Positions 49,224 to 59,683 of a DNA stretch of 63,273 bases are shown here, one piece after another. The position numbers were made by a program, and so were the translations under genes. The stretch is from Gemmatimonadota bacterium. Its GTDB lineage: Bacteria; Gemmatimonadota; Gemmatimonadetes; Gemmatimonadales; GWC2-71-9. The DNA lies in contig JBDHKN010000030.1 in the NCBI GenBank assembly GCA_039586365.1, forward strand, positions 1 to 63,273. Direction: 5' to 3'. The notes under the pieces are model-generated. The model ran no database searches and had not been told where the DNA came from. It saw only the letters and a program-made list of their open reading frames with translations. The stretch's first letter is position 1; every line of letters begins with the position of its first letter.

Positions 49224-50309
49224 CTAGCGGCCGATCCTCACCGGTAGCCGCTTCCCTCCCCAGGTACCAACTGGACCGTCAAACACACCGGCGCACTGTG
49301 TCCCGCAGGCGCTGCAGTGGCCGTCGCCAGTCAGATTCCATGCGTGGATGACGTACCAGTCCCGTGCGATCAAGGTCTGGCCGCACTTGTGGCAGAACGT
49401 GCTTCCCCCCGCGATATCGTGGACGTTGCCGGTATATGCGTGCCGGACCCCGTTCTCGATCGCGATCTCACGCGCTCTGCTGAGGGTGCTGATTGGTGTG
49501 GGTGGGAGATCCAACATCTTCCAGTCAGGGTGAAACGCCGTGAAATGGAGGGGCACATCGGAACCGAGGTTCTCTACCACCCAGCGTGTCATCTCGTCGA
49601 GTTCGGCATGCGAATCGTTCTTGCCGGGAATGAGCAGTGTCGTCAATTCGAACCATACGTTTGTTTCATGCTTCAGGTAGACTAGCGTGTCGAGCACAGG
49701 CTGGAGGTGCCCGTTGGAGAGCTCCCAGTAGAACTCCTCAGTAAAGGCCTTCAGGTCGACATTTGCGGCGTCCATATGACGATAGAACTCCCGCCGAGGC
49801 TCGTCACATACGTAACCGGCCGTCACCGCAACATTCTTGATGCCACGTGCCCGACAGGCCCGTGCAACGTCAATAGCGTACTCATGAAAGATGACCGGAT
49901 CGTTGTACGTGTACGCGACGCTGCGGCATCCCAGCCGTTCGGCGGTTGCAGCAAGTGCCTCTGGAGAGGCCGCATCTGCGAGCGTATCTGTTTCGCGCGA
50001 CTTGCTGATATCCCAGTTCTGGCAGAACTTGCATGCAAGATTGCACCCAGCCGTGCCGAAGGACAGAACCGGCGTGCCCGGGAGGAAGTGATTGAGGGGT
50101 TTCTTTTCGATGGGATCGACACAGAATCCACTCGATCTGCCGTACGTGGTCAGGACCACCTGATCGTCTTGACACATGCGCACGAAACACATGCCGCGTT
50201 GGCCATCACGCAGCTTGCAGAAACGTGGGCAGAGGTCGCACTGGACCCGCCCGTCGTCGATGCGGTGCCAGTATTTGGTCGGGACTACCGATTCCGCCGT
50301 CTCCAGCAT
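49224..50309 (-). CDS. amrS: AmmeMemoRadiSam system radical SAM enzyme
   Basis: CDLCPRFC..C, DPIEKKPL.HF.PG, CNLACKFCQNWDIS, YTYNDP, FHPD and C-terminal CxxC pairs. Confidence 0.92.
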   Translation of the reverse strand: MLETAESVVPTKYWHRIDDGRVQCDLCPRFCKLRDGQRGMCFVRMCQDDQVVLTTYGRSSGFCVDPIEKKPLNHFLPGTPVLSFGTAGCNLACKFCQNWDISKSRETDTLADAASPEALAATAERLGCRSVAYTYNDPVIFHEYAIDVARACRARGIKNVAVTAGYVCDEPRREFYRHMDAANVDLKAFTEEFYWELSNGHLQPVLDTLVYLKHETNVWFELTTLLIPGKNDSHAELDEMTRWVVENLGSDVPLHFTAFHPDWKMLDLPPTPISTLSRAREIAIENGVRHAYTGNVHDIAGGSTFCHKCGQTLIARDWYVIHAWNLTGDGHCSACGTQCAGVFDGPVGTWGGKRLPVRIGR

Positions 50310-50731
50310 CTTCTCTCTCTCATCTGGTTACCTTCCTTAACCTTATGCAGGCTGACACAGGTGCGACAAGTACCAGGTTGGCGGGACCAGCAGATCCTCA
50401 ACAGACGGGGACAAACGCTCTACAACGAAGGACCCAGGTTACCCACCTCTAACGCTCCGGACCTGCTAACTGACGACCGCTGGACCTTGCGCAGGAACCA
50501 CCTGGTCACGTACATCGACGTGAAGCAGTGTAGGGTCGTTGCTACATCTTGCACTACGAGTGGGAGGCCGTATTGCTCCAGCTGAGCCCGATAGGGCATT
50601 GCCCACGATAGGAGTCGATCTCGAGTTCCGACCTACTATCCCCTTCCCCGGTGCTGGCCCCACACCCGCAATCTGCCTATTTTCTCAAACACACCATCCC
50701 ACCGATCTCCCAGGGCCGTCGCGAGGCACAC

Positions 50732-51610
50732 ATGTCACCTAAGAGAGAATCCACTGGCGGCAAGAAGAAAGCCGGCAGACGAGCGAAGAAGGGCGACAGG
50801 CCCCAGAAACCCGGTGCCAGTGCCTCATCGAGATCCACCAAGCCCGACAAGAAGAAGTACAGCTCGGAACTCAACAGGCTCCAAACCGAGCTGGTCAAGC
50901 TGCAAGAGTGGATCAAGAACGAAGGTCTCAAAGTGGTCGTCATCTTCGAGGGACGAGACGCGGCAGGAAAGGGCGGGGTCATAAAGAGGATCACACAGCG
51001 GCTGAATCCCCGGGTCTGTAGAGTAGTGGCCCTAGCCGCACCCACCGAACGAGAGAGAACGCAGTGGTACTTCCAGCGCTACGTGCCGCACCTACCAGCG
51101 GCCGGCGAGATGGTTCTGTTCGATCGCAGCTGGTACAACCGTGCCGGCGTGGAGCGAGTAATGGGATTCTGCACCAACGAGGAGTACGAGGAATTCTTGC
51201 GTACCTGCCCGTCTTTCGAGCGTATGCTTGTTCGCTCGGGGATCATTTTGATCAAGTACTGGTTTTCAGTAAGCGATGAAGAGCAGGAGAAGCGTTTCCG
51301 CGAACGTATCAGAGACACTCGGAAACGCTGGAAGCTGAGTCCAATGGACATGGAGTCGCGGGCGCGTTGGGCCGAATACTCCAAGGCAAAGGACGAGATG
51401 TTCTCTTATACCGATATCAAGCAAGCGCCCTGGTATGTTGTAGATGCTGACGATAAGAGACGAGCCCGCCTCAACTGTATCCACCATCTGCTCAGCATGA
51501 TTCCGTATAAGGACCTCACTCCCGAACCAATCAAGCTACCGCCGCGCGGTGGTGGTGGATACGTTCGGCCGCCGATATCGGACCAGACCTTCATACCGGA
51601 AGTGTACTAG
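50732..51610 (+). CDS. ppk2: polyphosphate kinase 2
   Basis: FEGRDAAGKGG, WYFQRY, FDRSWYNRAGVERVMGF, WKLSPMD. Confidence 0.95.
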   Translation: MSPKRESTGGKKKAGRRAKKGDRPQKPGASASSRSTKPDKKKYSSELNRLQTELVKLQEWIKNEGLKVVVIFEGRDAAGKGGVIKRITQRLNPRVCRVVALAAPTERERTQWYFQRYVPHLPAAGEMVLFDRSWYNRAGVERVMGFCTNEEYEEFLRTCPSFERMLVRSGIILIKYWFSVSDEEQEKRFRERIRDTRKRWKLSPMDMESRARWAEYSKAKDEMFSYTDIKQAPWYVVDADDKRRARLNCIHHLLSMIPYKDLTPEPIKLPPRGGGGYVRPPISDQTFIPEVY

Positions 51611-51659
51611 ATCTCGCCTAGGCGCTGTCTAGTTGCAGCAACCTGATAACGCCTATTCG

Positions 51660-52997
51660 ATGACAATCCCTTCCGGCTCTGAGCTGCGGCGTGTACTTCG
51701 TCTGCCGCACGCGACTGCGATGGTCGTTGGTACCATCATAGGTGCCTCGATCTTTGTCCAACCCTCTGAGATCACGGGTCAGGTCCCTTCCATAGGAGGA
51801 GTCTTCCTGGTTTGGCTGATTTCTGGCGCACTGACGCTGATAGGAGCTTTGGTGTGTGCCGAACTTGCATCAATCTTCACTCGGACTGGTGGCGTCTACA
51901 TATACCTGAAAGAGGCCTACACTCCATCCATGGGCTTCATGTGGGGTTGGGCAATGTTCTGGAGTATGCACTCCGGGATCATTGCCGCGATAGCCGTGGT
52001 GTTCTCCCGTTACGTGGCTTATTTCCTCCCAATGAACGACACTGGCACCAAGACCACTGCCATCGCGGCAATCTTGATCCTGTCGTGGATCAACTGCATC
52101 GGAGTGAAACAGGGAAGCACACTGCAGACGCTGTTCACCCTCGGCAAACTCCTTGCCATCGGTCTCATTGTGTTGCTCGGTCTTGTACTTGGATCTCGAT
52201 TGCCCGAGCATTTCGTTACCCCTGACTCATTTGGCGCAAACACATCCACCAGCGATTTCCTCAATGCACTGGTGGCTGGGCTCTTTGCATTCGGTGGTTG
52301 GCACATGGTCACCTATAGTTCGGAAGAGACGGTCAATCCACGTCACACGATCCCCCGTGCCCTGATCCTCGGTACATTGATCGTCACCGCCTGTTACATA
52401 GCGATGAATACAGTGTACATGTATATCCTCCCGCTGGACGCAGTCGCATCGTCAACACGAATCGCTGCCGACGCAGCCGATTTTGTCCTCGGTTTCGGCG
52501 GTGGAGCCACCATGTCAGCCATCGTCATGTTCTCCACCTTCGGGGCCCTCAGCGGCATCGTGCTAGCCGGGCCCCGCGTGTACTTCTCGATGGCTCGTGA
52601 TGGCCTGTTGTTCCGCTGGCTGGGCGAAATACACCCACGGTACCGAACGCCACACCGAGCCATCATGGTTCAAGCCGCGTGGTCATCGATCTTGGTCGGG
52701 ACCGGTACGTTTCGGGTACTGTTCACCAGAGTGGTCTACACTGAATGGGTTTTCTTTGCCTTGATGACCGCCGGCCTGTTCATACTCCGTCGGAGAAGCG
52801 ATCTGAGAAGGGACTACTCGGTCTGGGGATACCCCGTGCTACCGATCGTTTTCATCATCTCTTGTTTCGCCATTGTCGCGAATCAGCTTCTGTCGAACAC
52901 TCGAGAGGCCGTGTTTGGCTTGACGCTGGTACTGACTGGCATTCCTGTCTACTATATGTGGGCGCGCAATGGCCTGGCGCCGGAGAATAGGACATGA
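51660..52997 (+). CDS. APC family amino acid permease
   Basis: GTIIGASIF, AEL....TGG.YIYL, FAFGGW, EET.NP, RVYFSMARDG; about 12 TMs. Confidence 0.92.
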   Translation: MTIPSGSELRRVLRLPHATAMVVGTIIGASIFVQPSEITGQVPSIGGVFLVWLISGALTLIGALVCAELASIFTRTGGVYIYLKEAYTPSMGFMWGWAMFWSMHSGIIAAIAVVFSRYVAYFLPMNDTGTKTTAIAAILILSWINCIGVKQGSTLQTLFTLGKLLAIGLIVLLGLVLGSRLPEHFVTPDSFGANTSTSDFLNALVAGLFAFGGWHMVTYSSEETVNPRHTIPRALILGTLIVTACYIAMNTVYMYILPLDAVASSTRIAADAADFVLGFGGGATMSAIVMFSTFGALSGIVLAGPRVYFSMARDGLLFRWLGEIHPRYRTPHRAIMVQAAWSSILVGTGTFRVLFTRVVYTEWVFFALMTAGLFILRRRSDLRRDYSVWGYPVLPIVFIISCFAIVANQLLSNTREAVFGLTLVLTGIPVYYMWARNGLAPENRT

Positions 52998-53974
52998 CTG
53001 TCATCGACTTCCACAACCACTTCTACCCACCTGAATACCTGACTGCGATACAGACCGGTCCCAGCAATATCAAGGTCACGTTCGACGAGCAAGGTAATCC
53101 TGTGCTCCACTCACCGGGAGACAAGAATTACGTGGTGCCGGGCCACCGCGACATAGCCTTCAGACAGAAGGTTCTAGATGATGCGCGGGTGGACAAGCAG
53201 GTACTCACCTTCACTGCGCCTGGCACACTGACCGAACGACCTGACCGCTCTGTGATATTGGCTCAGATCGTCAACGATTGCTTGGCGCAGATCGCACACG
53301 ATAGGTCAGATCGATTCACCGCACTTGCGACCTTGCCGTTAAACGATCCGGCCGCATCAGTCAAGGAGTTCGATCGTGCGATACGAGAGCTCGGATTCAG
53401 AGGTGTCATGCTCTTTGGCAATGCCAATGGTGTTCCATTGGCCGATGAACGCTTCTGGCCCCTGTACGAACGCGCCAGTGACGCGAACGCAGTCTTGTAC
53501 ATCCACCCCACCTACCCTCTTGGGGTGGAAGCCATGACGGAGTACTGGCTGATGCCGCTCGTGGGCTTCATCTTCGACACAACACTCGCTGCTGCGGGTC
53601 TCGTGTTCAGCGGTGTCGTAGAACGGTTCCCTGCCATTCGCTGGGTGCTCGGGCATCTCGGAGGTGCCATACCGTACCTGGCAGAGCGGTTGGACCGAGG
53701 ATACTTCGCATATCCGGACTGTAGGACCAACATCGCCAAGCCTCCGACGGAGTACCTGAGGGAGTTCTATTTCGATTCGGTCAACTTCGACATCAACGCG
53801 CTAAGGTTGGCCATCGACTTCGCCGGGGTCGACCATGTCTTGGCCGGAAGCGACTATCCGCACCAAATCGGTAGTCTGCAGAGGATGGTCGAGAGCATCG
53901 AGGCGCTTGAGTTATCCGACAACGACAAGGCACGGCTGCTTGGAGAGAACACTGCTTGTCTGCTAGACTTGTGA
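52994..53974 (+). CDS. amidohydrolase-2 family protein (ACMSD-like decarboxylase)
   Basis: DFHNH, YIHP, HLGG, GSDYPH; translationally coupled to the permease (ATGA). Confidence 0.88.
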   Translation: MTVIDFHNHFYPPEYLTAIQTGPSNIKVTFDEQGNPVLHSPGDKNYVVPGHRDIAFRQKVLDDARVDKQVLTFTAPGTLTERPDRSVILAQIVNDCLAQIAHDRSDRFTALATLPLNDPAASVKEFDRAIRELGFRGVMLFGNANGVPLADERFWPLYERASDANAVLYIHPTYPLGVEAMTEYWLMPLVGFIFDTTLAAAGLVFSGVVERFPAIRWVLGHLGGAIPYLAERLDRGYFAYPDCRTNIAKPPTEYLREFYFDSVNFDINALRLAIDFAGVDHVLAGSDYPHQIGSLQRMVESIEALELSDNDKARLLGENTACLLDL

Positions 53975-54122
53975 TAGGCGCGGTCGGCGTGCGGGAGGCC
54001 CCGCTGACCACCTGATGAGCGACCGGGTCGGCGATCGGCCGACGACCGACTGGATACCGTATTGCACGACTGAGGGGCCATTTGGCCCCTCAGATACACC
54101 GTAGTGACTGGAGCTTCTACAC

Positions 54123-54371
54123 CTATTGCTCCGCCAGCCACCTGGCAACCGCCCTCTCACAGCAATCCCGCACCGCGTCATCAATATCTTCCCGGGCCCC
54201 GACTTGCTGCAGGATGGGCAGCAACTGCTCTATGAGATCGAGCATTGCTGCACCATCGCAGCCCCACCAATTCTCGGCCACGATCGTCTCAATCCGCATG
54301 AGTGAGTCACCCGACCTCGCCGCATAGTCGTCCGGGAGTCGGCGTGCAAGCCACCGATCGTCCTGCGTCAT
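54123..54371 (-). CDS. small hypothetical protein
   Basis: 82-aa ORF with protein-like helical composition; no motif recognised. Confidence 0.45.
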   Translation of the reverse strand: MTQDDRWLARRLPDDYAARSGDSLMRIETIVAENWWGCDGAAMLDLIEQLLPILQQVGAREDIDDAVRDCCERAVARWLAEQ

Positions 54372-54705
54372 TACCTGTGTCACGGTCGTACTCCCGCCGA
54401 TGGAGCCATCGCGCAATCCCGCTTCTCATGTCCCAAAGCGCTGCACTGCAAAGGAAGTGCCGCTACCAGGAAGGGCCACACCCTATCCGGAAGCCAATGT
54501 TAACCAAGCATTTAGGGAGTACTGTGATGGGCCTCACAATCTATCCCTATGTTGCACAAGGCGGTAAACCAGGCATAGTGTGGGCACGCCCCGCATCGGC
54601 TCAAGGATTCCGTCGACTCTACCACCCCTGAAGTGCTCCTTGCCCTGCACAGTGCCTGCGCCCTCATGGTATCTTTGTGCGAACCCAAAACCTGATACGA
54701 CCACT

Positions 54706-55089
54706 ATGTGTGTCTTTTGTGAAGCAATCGCCCGCAAAGCGCAATTCCTTGAGAACGAACGCGCAGTGGCCTTTCCAGACGGATTTCCACTCAGCCCCGG
54801 GCACACTCTCATAGTACCTCGGCGACACGAGACCGACTTCTTCGCCTTGTCCAGAGGGGAGCAAGCCGCACTGTGGAGTCTGATTCCTGCAGTCCGCAGT
54901 GCCATCGAGCGCACCTACAATCCGACTGGGTACAACGTGGGTGTCAATTCCGGGACCTCAGCAGGGCAGACCATCGACCACATTCACATCCACGTGATTC
55001 CGAGATATCCGGGGGATGTCAAAGACCCACGCGGAGGAGTCCGCTGGGTTATCCCGGACCGCGCTGCCTACTGGGAGGAACAGGAGTAG
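54706..55089 (+). CDS. HIT family hydrolase
   Basis: CVFC, SPGHTLIVP.RH, YNVGVN.G..AGQT..HIHIHVIPRY.GD. Confidence 0.93.
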   Translation: MCVFCEAIARKAQFLENERAVAFPDGFPLSPGHTLIVPRRHETDFFALSRGEQAALWSLIPAVRSAIERTYNPTGYNVGVNSGTSAGQTIDHIHIHVIPRYPGDVKDPRGGVRWVIPDRAAYWEEQE

Positions 55090-55246
55090 CGACGACATCG
55101 CTCCTGGGTTGCGACCATAGTCGCTGAACGTGACGTCCCTTCCGGTTCCCAATTCGCCGGTGGTGTGGTCCCGCTGCGGGCGATCTTGAGTTACAGAGCT
55201 CCAACTGGTACTATCTCCGTTCCCAATCGACAACGACGGGACTCCC

Positions 55247-57715
55247 ATGGTACGACGAATGAAGGGCAGTACAACAGAGACTTTTGAGAAGCTCGGCGCG
55301 TTCTATCTGGGACGCCGGTTCGATCCTGAGCGCGATGTGGTCACGCCTGAACTGCTGCTGTACGACGCCAAGGATTTGACAACCCACGCCGTATGTGTGG
55401 GCATGACGGGTAGCGGCAAGACCGGACTCTGCCTATCACTTCTCGAGGAAGCGGCGATTGACGGTATTCCGGCGCTTGCGGTCGATCCCAAGGGCGATCT
55501 TGGAAACTTGCTCCTCAACTTTCCAGCGTTACAGCAGGATGATTTCCGCCCCTGGATCGACGAGGCTCAAGCTACCCGGAAGGGCATGACACCGGATGAG
55601 TACGCGGCGGAAACCGCGCAAACCTGGAAAAACGGTCTAGCGGAATGGGGGCAGGACGGCCAACGACTCAAGCGATTGCGTGACGCGGCTGACATCGCCA
55701 TATACACGCCCGGGAGCAGTGCTGGTCTGCAGCTCACGCTGCTGCGTTCCTTTGCGGCCCCCGGCACGTCTCTAGTGCAGGATACCGACGCGTTCCGTGA
55801 ACGCGTTGGAGCCACAGTTGCCGGTCTGCTCGCTCTGGTCGGGATCGACGCTGATCCAGTGCGCAGCCGCGAGCATATTCTATTGTCCACCCTCTTTGAG
55901 CGCGCTTGGAAGGAGGGGCAAGACCTGGACATCACTGCGCTCATTACCCAGGTCCAATCGCCTCCTCTCGAAAAAGTCGGGATCATGGATCTCGAGACTT
56001 TCTATCCTAGCGAGGAGCGTTTCGAGCTGTCCATGACGCTGAATAACCTCCTTGCCTCGCCTGGATTCGCGGCGTGGATGGAAGGCGAGCCATTTGAGAT
56101 CCCGCGCCTCCTATGGACCGCCGATGGACAGCCTCGCATTTCGATTCTCTCGATCGCGCACCTCTCCGAAGCCGAGCGGATGTTCTTCGTGACGATCCTG
56201 CTCAACGAGGTGATCGCATGGATGCGATCGCAGGCTGGTACTGCGAGCCTGCGGGCCCTGCTGTATATGGACGAGGTGTTCGGATACTTCCCTCCGACGG
56301 CAAACCCACCTTCCAAGACCGCGATGTTGACGCTGCTCAAGCAGGCGCGCGCATATGGTATCGGCGTCGTACTCGCAACGCAAAATCCGGTCGACCTCGA
56401 CTACAAGGGCCTCTCCAACGCCGGGACGTGGTTTCTGGGCCGGCTTCAGACGGAGCGCGACAAGCTGAGAGTCATGGACGGACTTGTAGGCGCATCCGCT
56501 GTCGCCGGGGCGGCCCTCGACCCACAACGGATCGACAAAATCCTCTCCGGCCTCAAGAGCCGTGTCTTCCTGATGCACAACGTACACGAGAAGGAGCCTA
56601 CACTATTCCACACACGCTGGGCTATGTCATACCTCCGGGGGCCACTTACCCGCACACAGATCCACGCTCTCATGGCCGCTCGCAAGGCGCGGCCAGTGCC
56701 GCATGAAGACCAGCTCGCTCGACCGGCCGCTGCCAAGGCAAAACCCGGCAGGGCCGTGACCGAACGGCCCGTGCTGCCAGCCGAGATCACCGAGTCGTTC
56801 CTGCCGACGGCACGAACAGGCTCAGGCAGCGAGCGGCTAGTTTATCGCCCAGCACTGCTCGGAACGGCAGACCTACACTTTGCCAACGCGCGAGCTGGAG
56901 TTGATGGGTGGGAGACAGTGACCCTGATAACGCCACTGCGTGCCAAAGCCGGTGCCAAGGTGTGGGATGAAGCAGACGTACTAGAGGGCGGTGAGCCGGA
57001 GCTGGTGGAAGCACCCGACGAAGCAGCAGAGTTCAGCAGCCTACCGAAGGCTGCAACCCGCCCCGCGTCGTACAGGTCGTGGGAGAAATCGTTCAAGACC
57101 CACCTTTACCAGAACCACACTGTTGAATTGCTGAGCTGTCGGGAATTGAAAGTGAACTCATCACCTGAGGAGACAGACGCGGAGTTTCGGGTGCGGCTGC
57201 GAGAGGCAGCGCGCGAAAGACGCGATACTGCAGTTGAGAGGCTGAGGAAACGGTACACCCCGAAACTCGCGAGACTGCAGGATCAGATCCGTCGCGCGGA
57301 AGAGCGTGTCGGGCAAGAGAAGTCGCAATATGATCAACAGAAGATGCAGACCGCCATCTCCATGGGCGCCACCGTGCTGGGCGCTCTGCTTGGGAGAAAG
57401 GTAGCGAGCGTGGGTTCCGTCGGGCGGGCTACGACCGCAATGAGAGGTGTGGGCCGTACCGCGAGGGAGAGGCAAGATATCGCTCGAGCCAAGCGGGAAC
57501 TGAAATCATTGCACGCAAAACTAGCCGATCTCGAGTCGGAGTTCGAGAAAGAGATCACTGCTTTGGGAAAGACCATCAGTCCCGAAGCACTCGACGTGAC
57601 TAAGATCGTTATACGTCCCCGTAAGGCTGATATCGCAGTCGGCCACTTCGGTCTGGTGTGGCTCCCATGGCTTGTTAGCCAGGACGGGATCTCCGCACCT
57701 GCCTACGAAGCGTAG
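55247..57715 (+). CDS. HerA/FtsK-superfamily (DUF87/DUF853-like) ATPase with C-terminal coiled coil
   Basis: THAVCVGMTGSGKT Walker A, DPKGD, LYMDE Walker B, KQARAYG, ATQNP.DLDYK. Confidence 0.88.
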   Translation: MVRRMKGSTTETFEKLGAFYLGRRFDPERDVVTPELLLYDAKDLTTHAVCVGMTGSGKTGLCLSLLEEAAIDGIPALAVDPKGDLGNLLLNFPALQQDDFRPWIDEAQATRKGMTPDEYAAETAQTWKNGLAEWGQDGQRLKRLRDAADIAIYTPGSSAGLQLTLLRSFAAPGTSLVQDTDAFRERVGATVAGLLALVGIDADPVRSREHILLSTLFERAWKEGQDLDITALITQVQSPPLEKVGIMDLETFYPSEERFELSMTLNNLLASPGFAAWMEGEPFEIPRLLWTADGQPRISILSIAHLSEAERMFFVTILLNEVIAWMRSQAGTASLRALLYMDEVFGYFPPTANPPSKTAMLTLLKQARAYGIGVVLATQNPVDLDYKGLSNAGTWFLGRLQTERDKLRVMDGLVGASAVAGAALDPQRIDKILSGLKSRVFLMHNVHEKEPTLFHTRWAMSYLRGPLTRTQIHALMAARKARPVPHEDQLARPAAAKAKPGRAVTERPVLPAEITESFLPTARTGSGSERLVYRPALLGTADLHFANARAGVDGWETVTLITPLRAKAGAKVWDEADVLEGGEPELVEAPDEAAEFSSLPKAATRPASYRSWEKSFKTHLYQNHTVELLSCRELKVNSSPEETDAEFRVRLREAARERRDTAVERLRKRYTPKLARLQDQIRRAEERVGQEKSQYDQQKMQTAISMGATVLGALLGRKVASVGSVGRATTAMRGVGRTARERQDIARAKRELKSLHAKLADLESEFEKEITALGKTISPEALDVTKIVIRPRKADIAVGHFGLVWLPWLVSQDGISAPAYEA

Positions 57716-57767
57716 CGGTCAGCCTCTCAAGACCGGCCGCGATCAGCCTGACCTGCGCACCGCGCGG

Positions 57768-57971
57768 CTAGTCCTTTAGCACGAAGGTTACTTTTAGGTT
57801 GACGCGATACTGAACGACCTTGCCCTTCTTCACGTCTACCTTGAAGCCCTTCACCCAAGCACCCTCGATGTTGTCGAGCGTTTTCGACGCCCTATCGATG
57901 CCTTCGGCTATTGCATCCTCAAAGCTCTTGGGCGAAGAGGCGCTGATCTCGGTGACCTTTGCAACGCTCAT
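57768..57971 (-). CDS. dodecin family flavin-binding protein
   Basis: MSVAKVTEISASS..SFEDAI..GI.RA.KTL..I..AWV...YRVNLKVTF. Confidence 0.92.
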   Translation of the reverse strand: MSVAKVTEISASSPKSFEDAIAEGIDRASKTLDNIEGAWVKGFKVDVKKGKVVQYRVNLKVTFVLKD

Positions 57972-58002
57972 CTTGTCTCCCGCGTGGTTGGTTAAATGGC
58001 CA

Positions 58003-58410
58003 TCAGTAGGTAATGACCGGCGACAGCTTGGCGGCCTCCGCGACCCACTTCTCAACGGTCTTGGCGCCTGGCGTCATGCGCGACAGTTTTCTGATCTGGT
58101 TGATCTCCTGCATTTTGGCGGCCAAGTTCTGTGGGTTACGATTGCGAAGTTCCTTAACCGTATCAACTCCAGCGGCTTCGAGGAGTTCAGAGTACTCGGA
58201 GCCGATACCACGCACACGCATGAGATCAGCCAGGTTGGCCCACTTGAGCAGTTGAGTCTCGCTGACGCCGGTCTTCTCGCTGGCCGACGCTCGGCCGTGC
58301 GCATTGGCACAGATCTTCAGCAAGTCATTCGTAGTGCGGATCTTGGCCATCGATAGCTTCTGGGCATATGATGGCCCGATACCTTCGATGTCTTCGATCT
58401 TGTACGCCAT
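58003..58410 (-). CDS. DUF4332 domain (helix-hairpin-helix) protein
   Basis: IEDIEGIGP, KWAN.ADL.RV.GIG.EY.ELLEAAGVDTV.EL..RN. Confidence 0.88.
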   Translation of the reverse strand: MAYKIEDIEGIGPSYAQKLSMAKIRTTNDLLKICANAHGRASASEKTGVSETQLLKWANLADLMRVRGIGSEYSELLEAAGVDTVKELRNRNPQNLAAKMQEINQIRKLSRMTPGAKTVEKWVAEAAKLSPVITY

Positions 58411-59171
58411 ACTTCCGGTCCTCTCTGTTGTCGGTGCATTGATTGGGGAGATCGATGGTCGATCCCACTTGCCGGTCAGGCAGTCGCGTTCGGATAGGCC
58501 CAGCAACGTGGCCGAAGTCCGGCCCCTATCGTCCCAACACTGTGACGGGCGGGAACGAAAGGTCCGACACATTCAGTAACCAACCGACTGATCCAGCAGA
58601 CTACGGGGCCGTATTTGCACTTCGATCCATCAGCCGAACACTACACAAGTACCCTGAAGATCTCCCACCGGACGCCGTTGCGCCACCACCGTGGCTACCT
58701 TCCGTTCCACTACCGTAAGCCGGGCACTTGGTTGACTACCAGTCTCACGACGCTTACACAGCGTCATGCTCGCCGTGGCTGGCTGAGCACGTCACTGCGC
58801 TCACGAGTCTGAAATCGTTCGCGGATGGCGAGTTGTGGCATTCACGCTGCACGCTGATCGGCCCAAGTCCACTACCTTGAACCGACGTAGCCCATGACAA
58901 GCCCAGTGGCGTGATCGACCTGGGTACTCTCCGACGATCCGCATCGCTATCTTTGCTCAGTCGTTTCCGACTGTCACCAGCGTAACGTCTTGCTCCACAA
59001 CGAGTAAGTCAACTGGAGCAGCGATCTGGACGGGAGCTGGCGCGTCGCGTGCCAGTCAGTGCGCGAGGATTCAAGGGGCAGGAGGATTCATCGGACGAGC
59101 CCACAACGTCCTGTGCTGATCGCCCAGGGCCCTTGATGGATGACCGTCACCACCTCGATAGGAGCTGAACA

Positions 59172-59630
59172 GTGCTCAAAGAATTCAAGGAATTCGCGAT
59201 GAAGGGCAACGTGATCGACATGGCCGTCGGCATCATCATCGGCGGTGCATTCGGCACAATTGTCAAATCACTTGTTTCCGACGTACTGATGCCACCGATC
59301 GGTTTGTTGCTTGGGAACGTCAGTTTCTCTGATCTCTTCGTCACACTGAAGGCCGGTGAAGTCGCCGGCCCTTACGCGACTCTTACCCAGGCACAAGAAG
59401 CTGGGGCGGTGACCGTCAATTATGGTATCTTCATCGACAACATCATCAGCTTCCTGATCGTGGCGTTCGCCGTATTCATGCTGATACGCAGCATCAACCG
59501 GCTGAAGAGACAAGAAGAGATCGCACCACCCCCACCCGACAAGAAGGACTGCCCCTTCTGCCTGTCAACCGTGCCTATCAAGGCGACGCGGTGCCCCAAC
59601 TGTACCTCTGAACTCAAGGTGGCAGCATAG
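59172..59630 (+). CDS. mscL: large-conductance mechanosensitive channel with C-terminal zinc ribbon
   Basis: [30 protein letters not shown]; tail CPFC..CPNC. Confidence 0.95.
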   Translation: MLKEFKEFAMKGNVIDMAVGIIIGGAFGTIVKSLVSDVLMPPIGLLLGNVSFSDLFVTLKAGEVAGPYATLTQAQEAGAVTVNYGIFIDNIISFLIVAFAVFMLIRSINRLKRQEEIAPPPPDKKDCPFCLSTVPIKATRCPNCTSELKVAA

Positions 59631-59683
59631 GACGCACCGTTGCGGTATGACGTGGAGCGGGTCGCGTGACCCGCTCCACACTG

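Noticed and set aside
58830..58950. Possible HicA-like relic (VAHDKPSGVIDLGTLRR)
   Set aside because: Too short and frame-broken to support.
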